A stretch of 34,873 nucleotides of DNA, taken from contig PPNB01000002.1 of NCBI GenBank assembly GCA_003707115.1, forward strand, positions 682,001-716,873, in the 5' to 3' direction. Source of the stretch: Tortispora ganteri (lineage: Eukaryota). This document shows, piece by piece, positions 11,187 through 21,176 of this stretch (positions within the stretch are counted from its first letter, which is position 1; each line of letters begins with the position of its first letter). The translations under genes and the position numbers were made by a program. The notes under the pieces were generated by a model. The model did no database searches and was not told the DNA's origin. It was given only the letters and a program-made list of their open reading frames with translations.

Positions 11187-12785
11187 ATGCCGCCTACAAC
11201 TAGATCCAGTCAAAAACCAAACTACCAATACCATAATTCTAAAGATAAAAAGGGAAAAAATGCAATGGGATCAGGAATTAGAGAACACAATATTAATTTG
11301 ATACACAAAATATCCACTGGTCCACCGTATTCTCATACTCCTTCCTCTGTTTATATACCTCACAAGACGAACTTTAATCCTCCAACTAATCCGTTAACGC
11401 CTGCTGATGGTCTTCCAACATCTGATTTTTCAAATCATTCAAATTCAAATACTACATTCATTGGTCCATCATCTTCAAGTATCCTCTCCTCTCTCTCTCC
11501 TCTGAGCGAGCACACTCTAGTCAAATTCTGGACTCCCTCACCATACCCATACAACCCTCCTATTGGCATTCGCCAGGCGAACCCCTTGGCGCCACTACTC
11601 CCGCAAATACACAATCTCAAAATGATCTGGGACACTGTACCAGCAAACGATTGCGAATCTCAATGCAATTCCAATTCCAATTCCAATACCAGATTAACTC
11701 ACAATACCAATTCCAACAATAAGTATACTGCAATCAAGTTCAGTTCATCTGTAGGTCCTTCTATCTGGAACTGCTCTTCACTAATACGTTCTCATAGTGT
11801 CGCGCCACACATTCGTGTACCTGAGAATGCTGACACCGACTACGATGTTCGTGTACTCGAGCATATCGGCAAGATTCTGTTTAATTACGATTTTGCAGCG
11901 AGCTGGAGTTTGCGAGAACTACTGGATCGAAAATCGGATTCTGCCATCAGAGAAACAGCGTTAAAGCATATAATTGCTAATTGTATAAGCTTGACCATGA
12001 ATATATTTGGCTCAATTGTTGTCGCACGCGCCTTTAAATTCATGTCCGATTCTCAAAGAGGCCGTGTTGGTCAGGCTTTTCTTTCTAACCTTCACAGACT
12101 CATATTCTGCAAAATGGCTCTTATCCCTTTACAACAAGCCTCAAAATTACTTCCTGAGAGATTCAGTGTACGCATACTCAGATATATCTCCAATCACCTC
12201 GATGACGTATTGCAAAATCAGCATGCCTCCTGTGTTCTGTATCAGTTCCTCAGTAATAATGCTTGCACAAACCTTGTATACAATCAAGAACAACTACAAC
12301 AGGCTTTAAGTGACAAATGGATCACTGTGGCCACATCACCTGTCTGCCACACACTGATATATCCGTATATCAAATACGCTAACGCAGATCAGAAACATCA
12401 GTGTATCCAATCCTTGATTATGATGTTAGATAAAATTGTCATTACTAAATCAGGTATGCTAACTATGGCATATATATACATAGAATGCAGCTATGTAAAA
12501 AGAAGAGAAATTGCGCAAAAATTTGCACATAATGCATTCACCTTAAGCAGCAACCGGTATGGTCAGGCATTTGTGAGAAAAATTTGGAATTACCCTTTAG
12601 TATCCTCCGCATTTATCGATGAATATATCAACGCCTTATGTCTTACTAGGTACAATGGCGTGACATATATTTCTCTTATGCTTTTGGCCAAAGGTGAAGA
12701 CGATGATGATTTCGTTTCATGGATAATTGCTAATGCCCCGGTGAAGTATCTGGAATTGCTAAAGAAAGCATTAGCAATCAGTTAA
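11187..12785 (+). CDS. Divergent Pumilio/PUF-repeat protein, Mpf1-like
   Basis: Low-complexity Pro/Ser/Asn N-terminus, then ~7 helical ~36-aa repeats (LTMNIFGSIVV, LQNQHASCVL, LSSNRYGQAFVRK). First in-frame ATG is at 11187; the track start is TTG. Confidence 0.7.
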   Translation: MPPTTRSSQKPNYQYHNSKDKKGKNAMGSGIREHNINLIHKISTGPPYSHTPSSVYIPHKTNFNPPTNPLTPADGLPTSDFSNHSNSNTTFIGPSSSSILSSLSPLSEHTLVKFWTPSPYPYNPPIGIRQANPLAPLLPQIHNLKMIWDTVPANDCESQCNSNSNSNTRLTHNTNSNNKYTAIKFSSSVGPSIWNCSSLIRSHSVAPHIRVPENADTDYDVRVLEHIGKILFNYDFAASWSLRELLDRKSDSAIRETALKHIIANCISLTMNIFGSIVVARAFKFMSDSQRGRVGQAFLSNLHRLIFCKMALIPLQQASKLLPERFSVRILRYISNHLDDVLQNQHASCVLYQFLSNNACTNLVYNQEQLQQALSDKWITVATSPVCHTLIYPYIKYANADQKHQCIQSLIMMLDKIVITKSGMLTMAYIYIECSYVKRREIAQKFAHNAFTLSSNRYGQAFVRKIWNYPLVSSAFIDEYINALCLTRYNGVTYISLMLLAKGEDDDDFVSWIIANAPVKYLELLKKALAIS

Positions 12786-12841
12786 CCTCATTGGAGCAGA
12801 ACCCGTTTCAAAGAAGGATGCGTATGTGGAGTCCGCTCTCA

Positions 12842-14110
12842 TTATAAACATCCAGGACAGTTGTGCAACAGATCATGCGCAAATATATCACAGTCTAGAC
12901 AGAACGTGTTGGAACATTTAGGGCATATGCAAGACGTTGTGTTAATGGGTATAGTGCTCTGACATGCATGACATGAAGTAGTTTCAGGGGTATCTATTTC
13001 TTTCCATGATTCCAGGGGTACAAGGTGATGGAAAGATCTTGCTAAGTGTGTGGATAAAATCAATGTTAATGAACAAATAGGGCACTCGACAGGGAGGAGT
13101 GGAACTTTTGCATTACAATTAGGACAGAGATACCCTCCTTTGGAGAGAGAACTGTCGATAGATGAGAAAGAAGCGACCTCATATGTTTTTCGACTTGGAA
13201 ACCCCATTTTCACTAAAGCCGAAAAAGTTTGATCCTTAGTGGAGTTTGGTTTGATAGTAGCTGGAGGTGTTGTGGCTTCATGAAGCAAGTCTTTGTAATT
13301 GGCTTCATTTAGAATCACACCGTAGTATTTTTCCGAGCCTGAATTGGTTCTTTTGCAGATTTCTGAACATATGAGTACTTGCGCCGCTAGTCCTATGATT
13401 CTGACTCGTATTTTGTCATGAACCAGTGCATCGATCGTCTTATAGATATCGCCAGGGTCGTTAGTGACGAGCGATCCGTAAATAATAAGCACTTCCTTGA
13501 GTCCGTGAGACGGCAGATGGTAAAGCAATGCTCTAGCCATTTCAAGGGCATTTTGCAGAGATGGGGCACCCCTTGGCTCGGATCGCGCAGAATCATTGCG
13601 CAGGTCTCGCAGGGCCTGTGTATGGTCATGCGGGCTGCCTCCTAAAGGAGATATCACATGACTAATGCCGTCTCGCATGCCTAGAATAGCCATTTGAGAC
13701 AATGGATTCTGTTCGAAAAATTCAGTAACAAATTCAACTGCATAATTGTATGTGAGTATGGCACGCGTTGGACGTATATCCTTTTCTGACATACTATCGC
13801 TCATATCGATAACAAGAACCATATGGCGTATGATTCCACGCTGCACAGGCGTGGCATCAACAAAGCGACGCCGTTTAGAAGACTCTAGAAGACCTGCAAC
13901 CGCTGTTGCTAGCGATCCTGCTTCGTCCTCTTGCACAGTATCCCATGTTCTCTGAATGCGGTCTTCCCATGCATACGGCGCAGCGATTGCACTTTGCGCA
14001 GCAGATCTTCGCGTGCCATTACTTCTAGACCTCCGTGAAGACGTTCGAGCAGAATTGTTTAGATTTATACCTTCGTTATCTGATGCAACATACTCCCCGT
14101 CAGAATCCAT
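12842..14110 (-). CDS. SSL1: TFIIH subunit Ssl1/p44
   Basis: YAWE..IQRTW, vWA domain (QRGIIRH, EFFEQNPLSQM, PSLQNALEMA), C4 zinc finger, STHLARSFHHLVPL and C-terminal C1-like domain (FCLDCDIFAHDLLHNCPGC). Confidence 0.96.
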   Translation of the reverse strand: MDSDGEYVASDNEGINLNNSARTSSRRSRSNGTRRSAAQSAIAAPYAWEDRIQRTWDTVQEDEAGSLATAVAGLLESSKRRRFVDATPVQRGIIRHMVLVIDMSDSMSEKDIRPTRAILTYNYAVEFVTEFFEQNPLSQMAILGMRDGISHVISPLGGSPHDHTQALRDLRNDSARSEPRGAPSLQNALEMARALLYHLPSHGLKEVLIIYGSLVTNDPGDIYKTIDALVHDKIRVRIIGLAAQVLICSEICKRTNSGSEKYYGVILNEANYKDLLHEATTPPATIKPNSTKDQTFSALVKMGFPSRKTYEVASFSSIDSSLSKGGYLCPNCNAKVPLLPVECPICSLTLILSTHLARSFHHLVPLESWKEIDTPETTSCHACQSTIPINTTSCICPKCSNTFCLDCDIFAHDLLHNCPGCL

Positions 14111-14588
14111 TCCTACCAGAATCAGCTTTTTGTAATGTCTTTCTACTGGCTAGATTGCTCTGCCGGTTTGACCTTTCACTTCAAAATAATCAGGGTTAGG
14201 TGTTGCTACGGCCCTCCTTTTTGTGCCTCTTATAAGGGCGAAACAACTTTCCCCCTTAGACACTGAACTTATACTTGTATCGCTATTACTTTGTTAAGTG
14301 TAGTAATAGCTATTTTATCGATCAGGTATTTGCATAAAAAAAAAAATAGAATAACTATCGTTTTCAGTGTTTAGTTTATCGCTATTATACGCTTATCCAC
14401 AGTTTTACTGATTGTGCTGTGTGGCTACAGTGAAGCTACTATTGACTTTCTCTTCCCCCCACATATACACAGATTTGGACAATTACACGAACGCGCCAGA
14501 CGCCCACTATCGTCCCGCACATTCCACGAAAACTTGCTGGATCCTCGGTATTTTGCTCGTATATTTTTAGATCTGGTGTCTTGATTTT

Positions 14589-14621
14589 ATGCCGCACTTT
14601 TTATTGTCCCTATTAAAATAG
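14589..14621 (+). promoter_or_regulatory. Candidate uORF (MPHFLLSLLK*) upstream of the sugar porter
   Basis: The only + strand ATG between 14138 and 15355; whether it lies inside the transcript is unknown. Confidence 0.35.
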
Positions 14622-15355
14622 TTGAAAAAAAGCTCAGTTCGTTACTTCTGCTAGTCGGTCTCCTTTTCCCTTATCCAATCGGCACGGCTAATTTGGTACA
14701 TTTTGCATAAACAAAATCAACCGACGCACCCTCCACGGTATATCAGAAAGTCACGAATCCGTTATCGAACTCGTAATCGGACCCTTAATAACGCTTTAGC
14801 ATTTACCAAAGCCTAAACAGTTAAGCGTTCCTGCTATCGCTGAAAGATATCTACCTTTCATTGACATAAGTTTCGCTTTTCCTCCCCTTCGTTCTGATAT
14901 CATAACGACTGGGTTACTGGGGTCACTTTATTACCCTTGCTATCCCGGTTCTCTTCAATTATCCCGTGTCTGTGAACGCTTCTAATTCATTGGACCAACT
15001 CGGCATACGTGCCAGGCGGTCATCTTCGAATTTCCCTATTGGTTCTCAATCAGACTCGTCTTTATCTCTGAGTGAACTAGATTGTGATATTGTAGATCAA
15101 TCTAATAGACAAGTTTCTTTTGCGTTCCCTGATTTTTTGTCAGACGAAGAAGCCCAATTTTTAAGCTCAGATTCATCAGACGAGGTCCTTGCCGACGATT
15201 CGTCTACTGGAGTATACCTTCACAGATATCCTTCCTCAGGTTCTTCTACAAACCCGCGAAAGAGAGTTCATCATCATAAGTACAAATTTGAAATTGCTAT
15301 ACCTGAACCTCAATTCCCTGTCGCTCCTGCTATTTCCCGAATTTTAGATACCATT

Positions 15356-17122
15356 ATGTCTGCTATCGCTGGTCCCGATCCGCATGTTCGCAAATCCCCT
15401 GTCGCAAAAGGTCTAGTGGGAAAGCGACTCCTTTATTTTACTTCCATTTTTGTCTCACTAGGTGTGTTCTTATTTGGATATGACCAGGGTGTCATGTCTG
15501 GAATTATAACTGGGCCATATTTTAAAGATCAGTTTAACCAACCTACTAGTGCTCAGCTTGGTACAATGGTGGCAATTCTTGAAATTGGTGCTCTTTGTTC
15601 CTCTTTAGTGGTGGGCAGAATTGGTGACATTATAGGTCGTCGCAGGACTATTTTATGGGGTGCCCTCATATTTGTTCTCGGAGGTGCCTTTCAAACTATC
15701 GCTACTCGCATGTTTGTACTTATAATTGGTCGCGTCATTTCTGGTGTTGGCGTAGGTTTGTTGTCTACAATTGTTCCTGTTTATCAGTCAGAAATATCCC
15801 CGCCCCATAATAGAGGCAAGCTCGCTTGCATAGAGTTTACTGGCAATATTGTTGGTTATGCCTCTTCCGTTTGGGTTGACTATGGTTGCTCATATATACA
15901 GTCGAACTTATCTTGGCGCATTCCTTTGGGATTGCAATGTATAATGGGAACATTACTTCTATTCGGGAGTCTCATAATATGTGAAAGCCCACGATGGCTC
16001 TTAGACAATGACCATGACGAGGAAGGAATGATTGTCATTGCTAGTTTATATGGCCATGGTGATATTTATCATCCTCGTGCGCGACAAGAATACCGTGATA
16101 TCAAGGAAAATGTTTTGATTATGCGTGCTGAAGGCGAACGGTCTTATTTAGACATGTGGAAGCGTTACAGGCGTAGAGTGCTTATTGCTATGTCATCCCA
16201 AGCATTTGCTCAACTTAACGGTATTAATGTTATTTCTTACTATGCGCCTCTTGTATTCGAGCAAGCAGGATGGGTAGGACGAGACGCAATTTTGATGACC
16301 GGCATAAATGGCATAGTTTATGTGTTGTCGACTATCCCTCCATGGTACTTGGTAGATCACTGGGGCCGAAGAGTCATTTTACTTTCTGGTGCAGTTGGTA
16401 TGTGCATTTCCTTGTGCACCATTTCATATTTCATGTATTTGGATATATCACTGACGCCAGCTATGGTAGTTGTGTTTGTTATCATATACAATGCATTTTT
16501 TGGTTACTCATGGGGACCAATTCCTTGGTTATACCCACCTGAAATCATGCCATTAAGCATTCGCGCCAAAGGTGCATCATTATCTACTGCGTCTAATTGG
16601 GCATTCAATTTTGTTGTAGGTGAAATGACTCCTATTTTACAAGATTTGATTGCTTGGAGATTATATTTGGTTCATGCTACCTCGTGTGCACTTTCCTTTC
16701 TTTTGGTTTACTTTGTTTACCCTGAAACTAAAGGTGTACAACTTGAGGATATGGATCTTTTGTTTGGCGATCAATCAATTGCCACCACTCCGTTCGACCA
16801 GCGTTCACTAATGTCGTCTGAAGGACCAAGCGGCCCAGGTGCCGCTGAATCAGCCATGTTTGGCGCGAACAATCCTTCACTAGCAGCGGCTCTTGCTGCT
16901 GCTGAACGAGAACAGTTTGATGGTGCTTCACTGAGAGCTGGCTCTATTCGCTCTTCTAGGACTGGTGTTAGCATTAGCGCACAGGATGTGGAACCTCCTG
17001 AAATATCTCATGACACGGTCAGATCACATACTGACCACCGAGCTAGTCAAGTCCTGAACAGCGTGTTTAGCGTATTCTCAAAAAAGAATAAAGAGAGTGG
17101 ATACCAGCCACTTGATAGATAA
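15356..17122 (+). CDS. MFS sugar porter-family transporter (frame open upstream to 14906 without ATG)
   Basis: FGYDQGVMSG, GDIIGRRR, VPVYQSEISP..RG, ESPRWL, QLNGINVISYY, WGPIPWLYPPEI and PETKG motifs; first ATG at 15356; ~130-aa C-terminal tail. Confidence 0.92.
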   Translation: MSAIAGPDPHVRKSPVAKGLVGKRLLYFTSIFVSLGVFLFGYDQGVMSGIITGPYFKDQFNQPTSAQLGTMVAILEIGALCSSLVVGRIGDIIGRRRTILWGALIFVLGGAFQTIATRMFVLIIGRVISGVGVGLLSTIVPVYQSEISPPHNRGKLACIEFTGNIVGYASSVWVDYGCSYIQSNLSWRIPLGLQCIMGTLLLFGSLIICESPRWLLDNDHDEEGMIVIASLYGHGDIYHPRARQEYRDIKENVLIMRAEGERSYLDMWKRYRRRVLIAMSSQAFAQLNGINVISYYAPLVFEQAGWVGRDAILMTGINGIVYVLSTIPPWYLVDHWGRRVILLSGAVGMCISLCTISYFMYLDISLTPAMVVVFVIIYNAFFGYSWGPIPWLYPPEIMPLSIRAKGASLSTASNWAFNFVVGEMTPILQDLIAWRLYLVHATSCALSFLLVYFVYPETKGVQLEDMDLLFGDQSIATTPFDQRSLMSSEGPSGPGAAESAMFGANNPSLAAALAAAEREQFDGASLRAGSIRSSRTGVSISAQDVEPPEISHDTVRSHTDHRASQVLNSVFSVFSKKNKESGYQPLDR

Positions 17123-17312
17123 AGGAAATATCAGAGAAAGTGACTGACTGGCTGGAATCTAGCGCAGTAGGAATCCAACTTTAAAGGCGCTTCTCTCGTC
17201 GTTGATTCAGTTCAGCTAGCTGCGTACAAATATTTTACATTCTATATCCCAAAAATACACATATGCCAATATATCCATTGTTACTGTATTAGTAAGTAAC
17301 CCACTGCATTGT

Positions 17313-18224
17313 TTAATGGCCAGGGTACTTATCGTAGAGCTCTTTAGCATAAATACGGACCGTAACCTGTTTTCCTGTAGTAGTGATAAGATTAACGTCT
17401 TCAGTATCAAGGTCGAAATCAAAAATATCCGCATACTCTTTTTGTCGTGAAGATTTCGAAGAAGTAGAAACAGGCACTACGCCGACTGCAATAGTCCACT
17501 TAAGAAGTATCTGCGCTGGAGTTTTCGAGTACTTCGCAGAGAGCTCTTCAAGAACTGGTTTCAGAGGATCAGATCCGGTAGGAGGGTGCACAATAGGTCC
17601 TAACGGGTGATATGCCTCAACTTGTATATTGTTCTCTTTGCAGAATGGAACAATATCAGGAGTTTGAGCGGTCAAGTAAGGGTTGAATTCGATTTGATTG
17701 ACATCGGGATGATAGTCAGGATCACCAGTTTCCTGTTCAAGCTTTAAGAGAGGTTCAATTTGAGAAGTAGTAAAATTGGATACACCAATTGCTCTTAACT
17801 TTCCAGCCTTTTTAAGGGATACTAATGTTTTCCAAGTGTCAACATCGGAGATATCCTTGTTGTCAGACGGGAAGTGGATAAGGTAAAGATCGAAATAACC
17901 AAGGCCGAGGCGACTCAATGAGGCATTGACTGCAGCCTCCGGGTCGGCACGCCCATTTAGCAGTTTACCCGTGACAAATAACTTGTCTCTTGAAATTCCA
18001 GATCTTTTGATTGCCTCCCCCACCTCCTTGTCGGTACCGTACATCTCAGCGGTATCGAGATGGGTCAGGCCATTCTCGATGGCGTTTACGACGGACTCAA
18101 TTAGAGGTTCGTCTAGCTTGTCTGCATCATTGTTGTCGTATCCCTTATACCATCGGGTTCCGACACCGTAGCCAACGAGAGGTATGGTAACGCCAGATGG
18201 TAATTCTTTCTCTGGAAGAGTCAT
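17313..18224 (-). CDS. Aldo-keto reductase
   Basis: Catalytic tetrad in DTAEMY, FVTGK and LYLIH, plus IGVSNF and NQIEFNP. Start placed at MTLPEKEL (18224), downstream of TATAAAA at ~18278-18272; an alternative ATG lies at 18290. Confidence 0.9.
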   Translation of the reverse strand: MTLPEKELPSGVTIPLVGYGVGTRWYKGYDNNDADKLDEPLIESVVNAIENGLTHLDTAEMYGTDKEVGEAIKRSGISRDKLFVTGKLLNGRADPEAAVNASLSRLGLGYFDLYLIHFPSDNKDISDVDTWKTLVSLKKAGKLRAIGVSNFTTSQIEPLLKLEQETGDPDYHPDVNQIEFNPYLTAQTPDIVPFCKENNIQVEAYHPLGPIVHPPTGSDPLKPVLEELSAKYSKTPAQILLKWTIAVGVVPVSTSSKSSRQKEYADIFDFDLDTEDVNLITTTGKQVTVRIYAKELYDKYPGH

Positions 18225-18318
18225 TGGATCAATTAATCGGAATTGACGGAAAGGTATGAGTTTCCCCGCCCTTTTATACACCTGCGCCATTGTAGATAAG
18301 GTTTGAACCACTAAAGAA

Positions 18319-18629
18319 TGTTGGAAGACGGTTGCCAAGGGCACAAGTTCCCAAACCGTAAATCTAGTACTAGTGCTTATTTTGCCTAATCTCCCTTAAA
18401 TAAAGTTAACACTACTTAAGATAACTTCAGGCAACTCACAAGTTCCTGAAAACTCAACAACAACTCACTCTACGACATTCGAATATCGTACTATCAGAAG
18501 GTTTTAGCCCAGACTCGTAACAGGTCAAGGTTTCCCTGTTTCTAATACTTCACGTACTATCACGTAGTTTCTGTTCATTGCGCTCAAACCCCTAAGCTAC
18601 ACTACCCTAATCCAGGTAGTTCTCCAACA
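18319..18629 (+). repeat. 5' LTR-like unit (311 bp)
   Basis: Begins TGTTGGAAGACGGTT and ends TCCAGGTAGTTCTCCAACA; both ends align with 20731-21176. Confidence 0.88.
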
Positions 18630-18869
18630 ATTTCATATACCCAAAAAGAGAAAACTAATTGTGTTTCTTTGAATAACATATAGTGGCGTAACCCTACATT
18701 ACATGCTAACATTATAAAGAGACATCAAAATTGTTCCTGATCAGGTCAGACACAATAACAGAGTCACACAGATACAATCACACACAGCAGATTTAGACAT
18801 CTGCACCACTAGCTCATAATACGCTATCTAAATATTGTACGATCAAGAGGGTTGAAAGCTGAAACATCA

Positions 18870-20009
18870 ATGACAGAAACTCGCGGACGTGGTCGTCGTA
18901 ACATTCAGAATGAAGCTCTAACTGGAACACTCAAGGACTTTACAGTTCCTGAAGCATCAGAGGTTCCTGCGGAAACCTCACGACCTTCTGAATCTACCTC
19001 GACAACTAGTGGAGAGATTCAAGATCTATATAGCAGTTTCGAGGAGATGGAGAACGCCGAAAAGTTGGCTGATTCAATAAGAGACCGCATTAACATTTCT
19101 CTTCTTCGCAATGAGAAGAAATACAATTTAGATGCTGAATCCTATGATGATGTCCATTTTCTGCTAACCAGCATACTTAGCAGTGCCAAATCAAGTCAAG
19201 ATGGTTTAACGATTTCCCGTTGGGTATATGAGGATCCTTATATGGAAGAACATTCAATCATTGCCACCAATGGCCTAAGACTTCCAAGAAATTGGAGATT
19301 TGTTGAACATAATGTAGCCCAATCAGCTCTTCTGGCAATTGTCAATTCAGAGTCTTTAAGTGATATTGAATTCCTATTATCTGGCCCGCCTGAATATGCC
19401 AATGAACTGGGTACAATTGATGGACGTACTACTCCAACTTTGCATCAAATTATGCGCAGAGCGTGCATAGGTTCATATGCCTCAAGCGGACAAGCTGCTG
19501 ATGACTTGATGACTCAAATCATGCTTTTTAGGATTGACAACTGTAATCCAACCTTAAAAGAAGTAACAGATGCAGTGGAAAAGTACGTTAGCATGGCAAA
19601 TAGAATCGATTTTCTTCAGCCTTCCAACTACTACAGTGTCATCGCTCACTTGTTGCAAATCCTGCCAACAAACCACTCTGTGTCAGAAATAGTCTCGAAA
19701 ATGACTGATGAACTGGACGAGGCTTACAGGAGAGGTGAGCGTGCCCCTTCTATACAGTCAATCACTGACAGATATTTTAAATGTGCCAAATTTTACCATA
19801 ACAGTGGCAATTCGGCAACTTCCAGGCCGTTTTTACTTCATCGAAATCAGCCTGTATCCTCGTATAAGATCTCCAAGAATTCCAAAAGGAAACGAGGTCG
19901 CTCAAATCGGAACACTGCTGGTTCAATCACATACAAATAATGCTTCAAACGAGAACATTCTGCCCAAGAATGCCGCAGCCGTAAGCAGTCGTTATCAAAC
20001 AGCACTTAG
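18870..20009 (+). pseudogene. gag-like gene with a premature stop in a decayed zinc knuckle
   Basis: 356-codon ORF from ATG 18870 ending in a basic stretch; reading through TAA 19938-19940 gives YK*CFKREHSAQEC, a broken CX2CX4HX4C; next stop is TAG 20007-20009. Confidence 0.75.
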
Positions 20010-20091
20010 AGTCCTCTAGGCAGTAAGCCAAATGATAAAATGTGGGTCTTTATAGTCAGAGAAACAACCGAACGCACCTTTGACAAATTTA

Positions 20092-20600
20092 AAAGACCTT
20101 GGCATAGTCTACAAGTACGGAGCCGATGAGAACATACATGGATTTACTGACTTCAGTTATCAAAATTGCATGTATTGCAAATCTACCACGGGCTGGGTCT
20201 TACTTCAAGCTGGCGCTCCTGTCGCATGGGCCTCAGTCAAGCAAAATTTTAATGCACTTGCCGCAGCGCATACAGAATATATTGCTTTATGTTCTGCCGC
20301 CGTTGAAGCTGTTCATCTTAAATAAAAGCTATCAGAAATAGGGATACATCATCCTGAAGGCGTTGCACTCTATGAAGACAGTCAAGCATGCATTGCAGCA
20401 ATCAAAGGTGACTTCACTAGTACGAAGATGAAGCACATTGATGTGAAAGTCTACGCTATTCGAGAATTCGTGCAACAGAAAGACGTCAATTGCATTATAT
20501 TGAATCAGAGCTCCAACTCGCCGACGTATTGACAGAAGCACTGCCACGACATGAACACTTTGATCATTTGTGCAAACTTCTTACTGGATCAAATAAGTGA
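20092..20600 (+). pseudogene. pol remnant: Ty1/copia RNase H
   Basis: GFTDFSY, KSTTGWV, VAWASVKQ, TEYIAL, LYEDSQACI, KHIDVK and QLADVLTEAL motifs; internal TAA at 20323-20325 and a frameshift near 20490. Confidence 0.9.
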
Positions 20601-20720
20601 TTCCCGTGGTAATGGAATCGAATAACCCATAAACGATTATGGGGTCCTTTATTATACATTTCTCAAGTACATTCAATACAAACTATTCTGTTGTTGTTAT
20701 CAGAAGCAATAGTGTTATCT

Positions 20721-20730
20721 AGAGAGGGAG
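20721..20730 (+). other. Polypurine tract
   Basis: AGAGAGGGAG immediately before TGTTGG of the 3' LTR. Confidence 0.85.
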
Positions 20731-21176
20731 TGTTGGAAGACGGTTCTCAAGGGCACAAGTTGCAAATCGTGAATCTAGTACTAGTGTTATTTCACCTGAT
20801 CTTCTGAAATGAAAGTTGAACCTGCTGATCTATAACAACATACTTCTGAGCTCTTCCATAACGTACAGTAGAGAATCTAAATGATTCTCTAATTAAAAGT
20901 GAAGTGGCGTAACCCTACATACCTACTAACATTATAGATAGACGTCAAAATCGTCCCTGATCAGGTAAGACAAAAGAACAACTTCTCAGCAGATTAGATA
21001 TCTGCTTCACTGACTCATATTACGCTATCTAAATATCATACAATTAGAGGATTTACAGCCAGACTACATTACAGGTCAAGGTTTCCCTCTTTCTAATACT
21101 TCAGGTACTTACACGTAGTTTCTCTCATTGTGCTCAAAACTCTAAGCTGCAATACCCTAATCCAGGTATTCCAACA
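20731..21176 (+). repeat. 3' LTR (446 bp)
   Basis: 8-bp terminal inverted repeat TGTTGGAA/TTCCAACA; preceded by the PPT. Confidence 0.9.

Larger units (their letters stand above)
18319..21176 (+). mobile_element. Degenerate, internally deleted Ty1/copia LTR retrotransposon
   Basis: Two related TGTTGGA...TCCAACA LTRs, a gag-like ORF, a copia-type RNase H remnant, and a polypurine tract abutting the 3' LTR; no perfect target-site duplication. Confidence 0.9.

Noticed and set aside
14326..14367. Tiny GTATTT...CAG intron in the sugar porter upstream region
   Set aside because: Only ~42 nt, with weak donor and branch signals compared with the two clear introns.
18225..18344. Extended AKR N-terminus in the ORF track
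   Set aside because: Starts at GTG inside the LTR and spans the likely TATA box.
18684..18700. TGGCGTAACCCTAC as a tRNA primer-binding site
   Set aside because: About 55 nt from the LTR end, also present inside the 3' LTR, and I cannot match it to a known tRNA 3' end.
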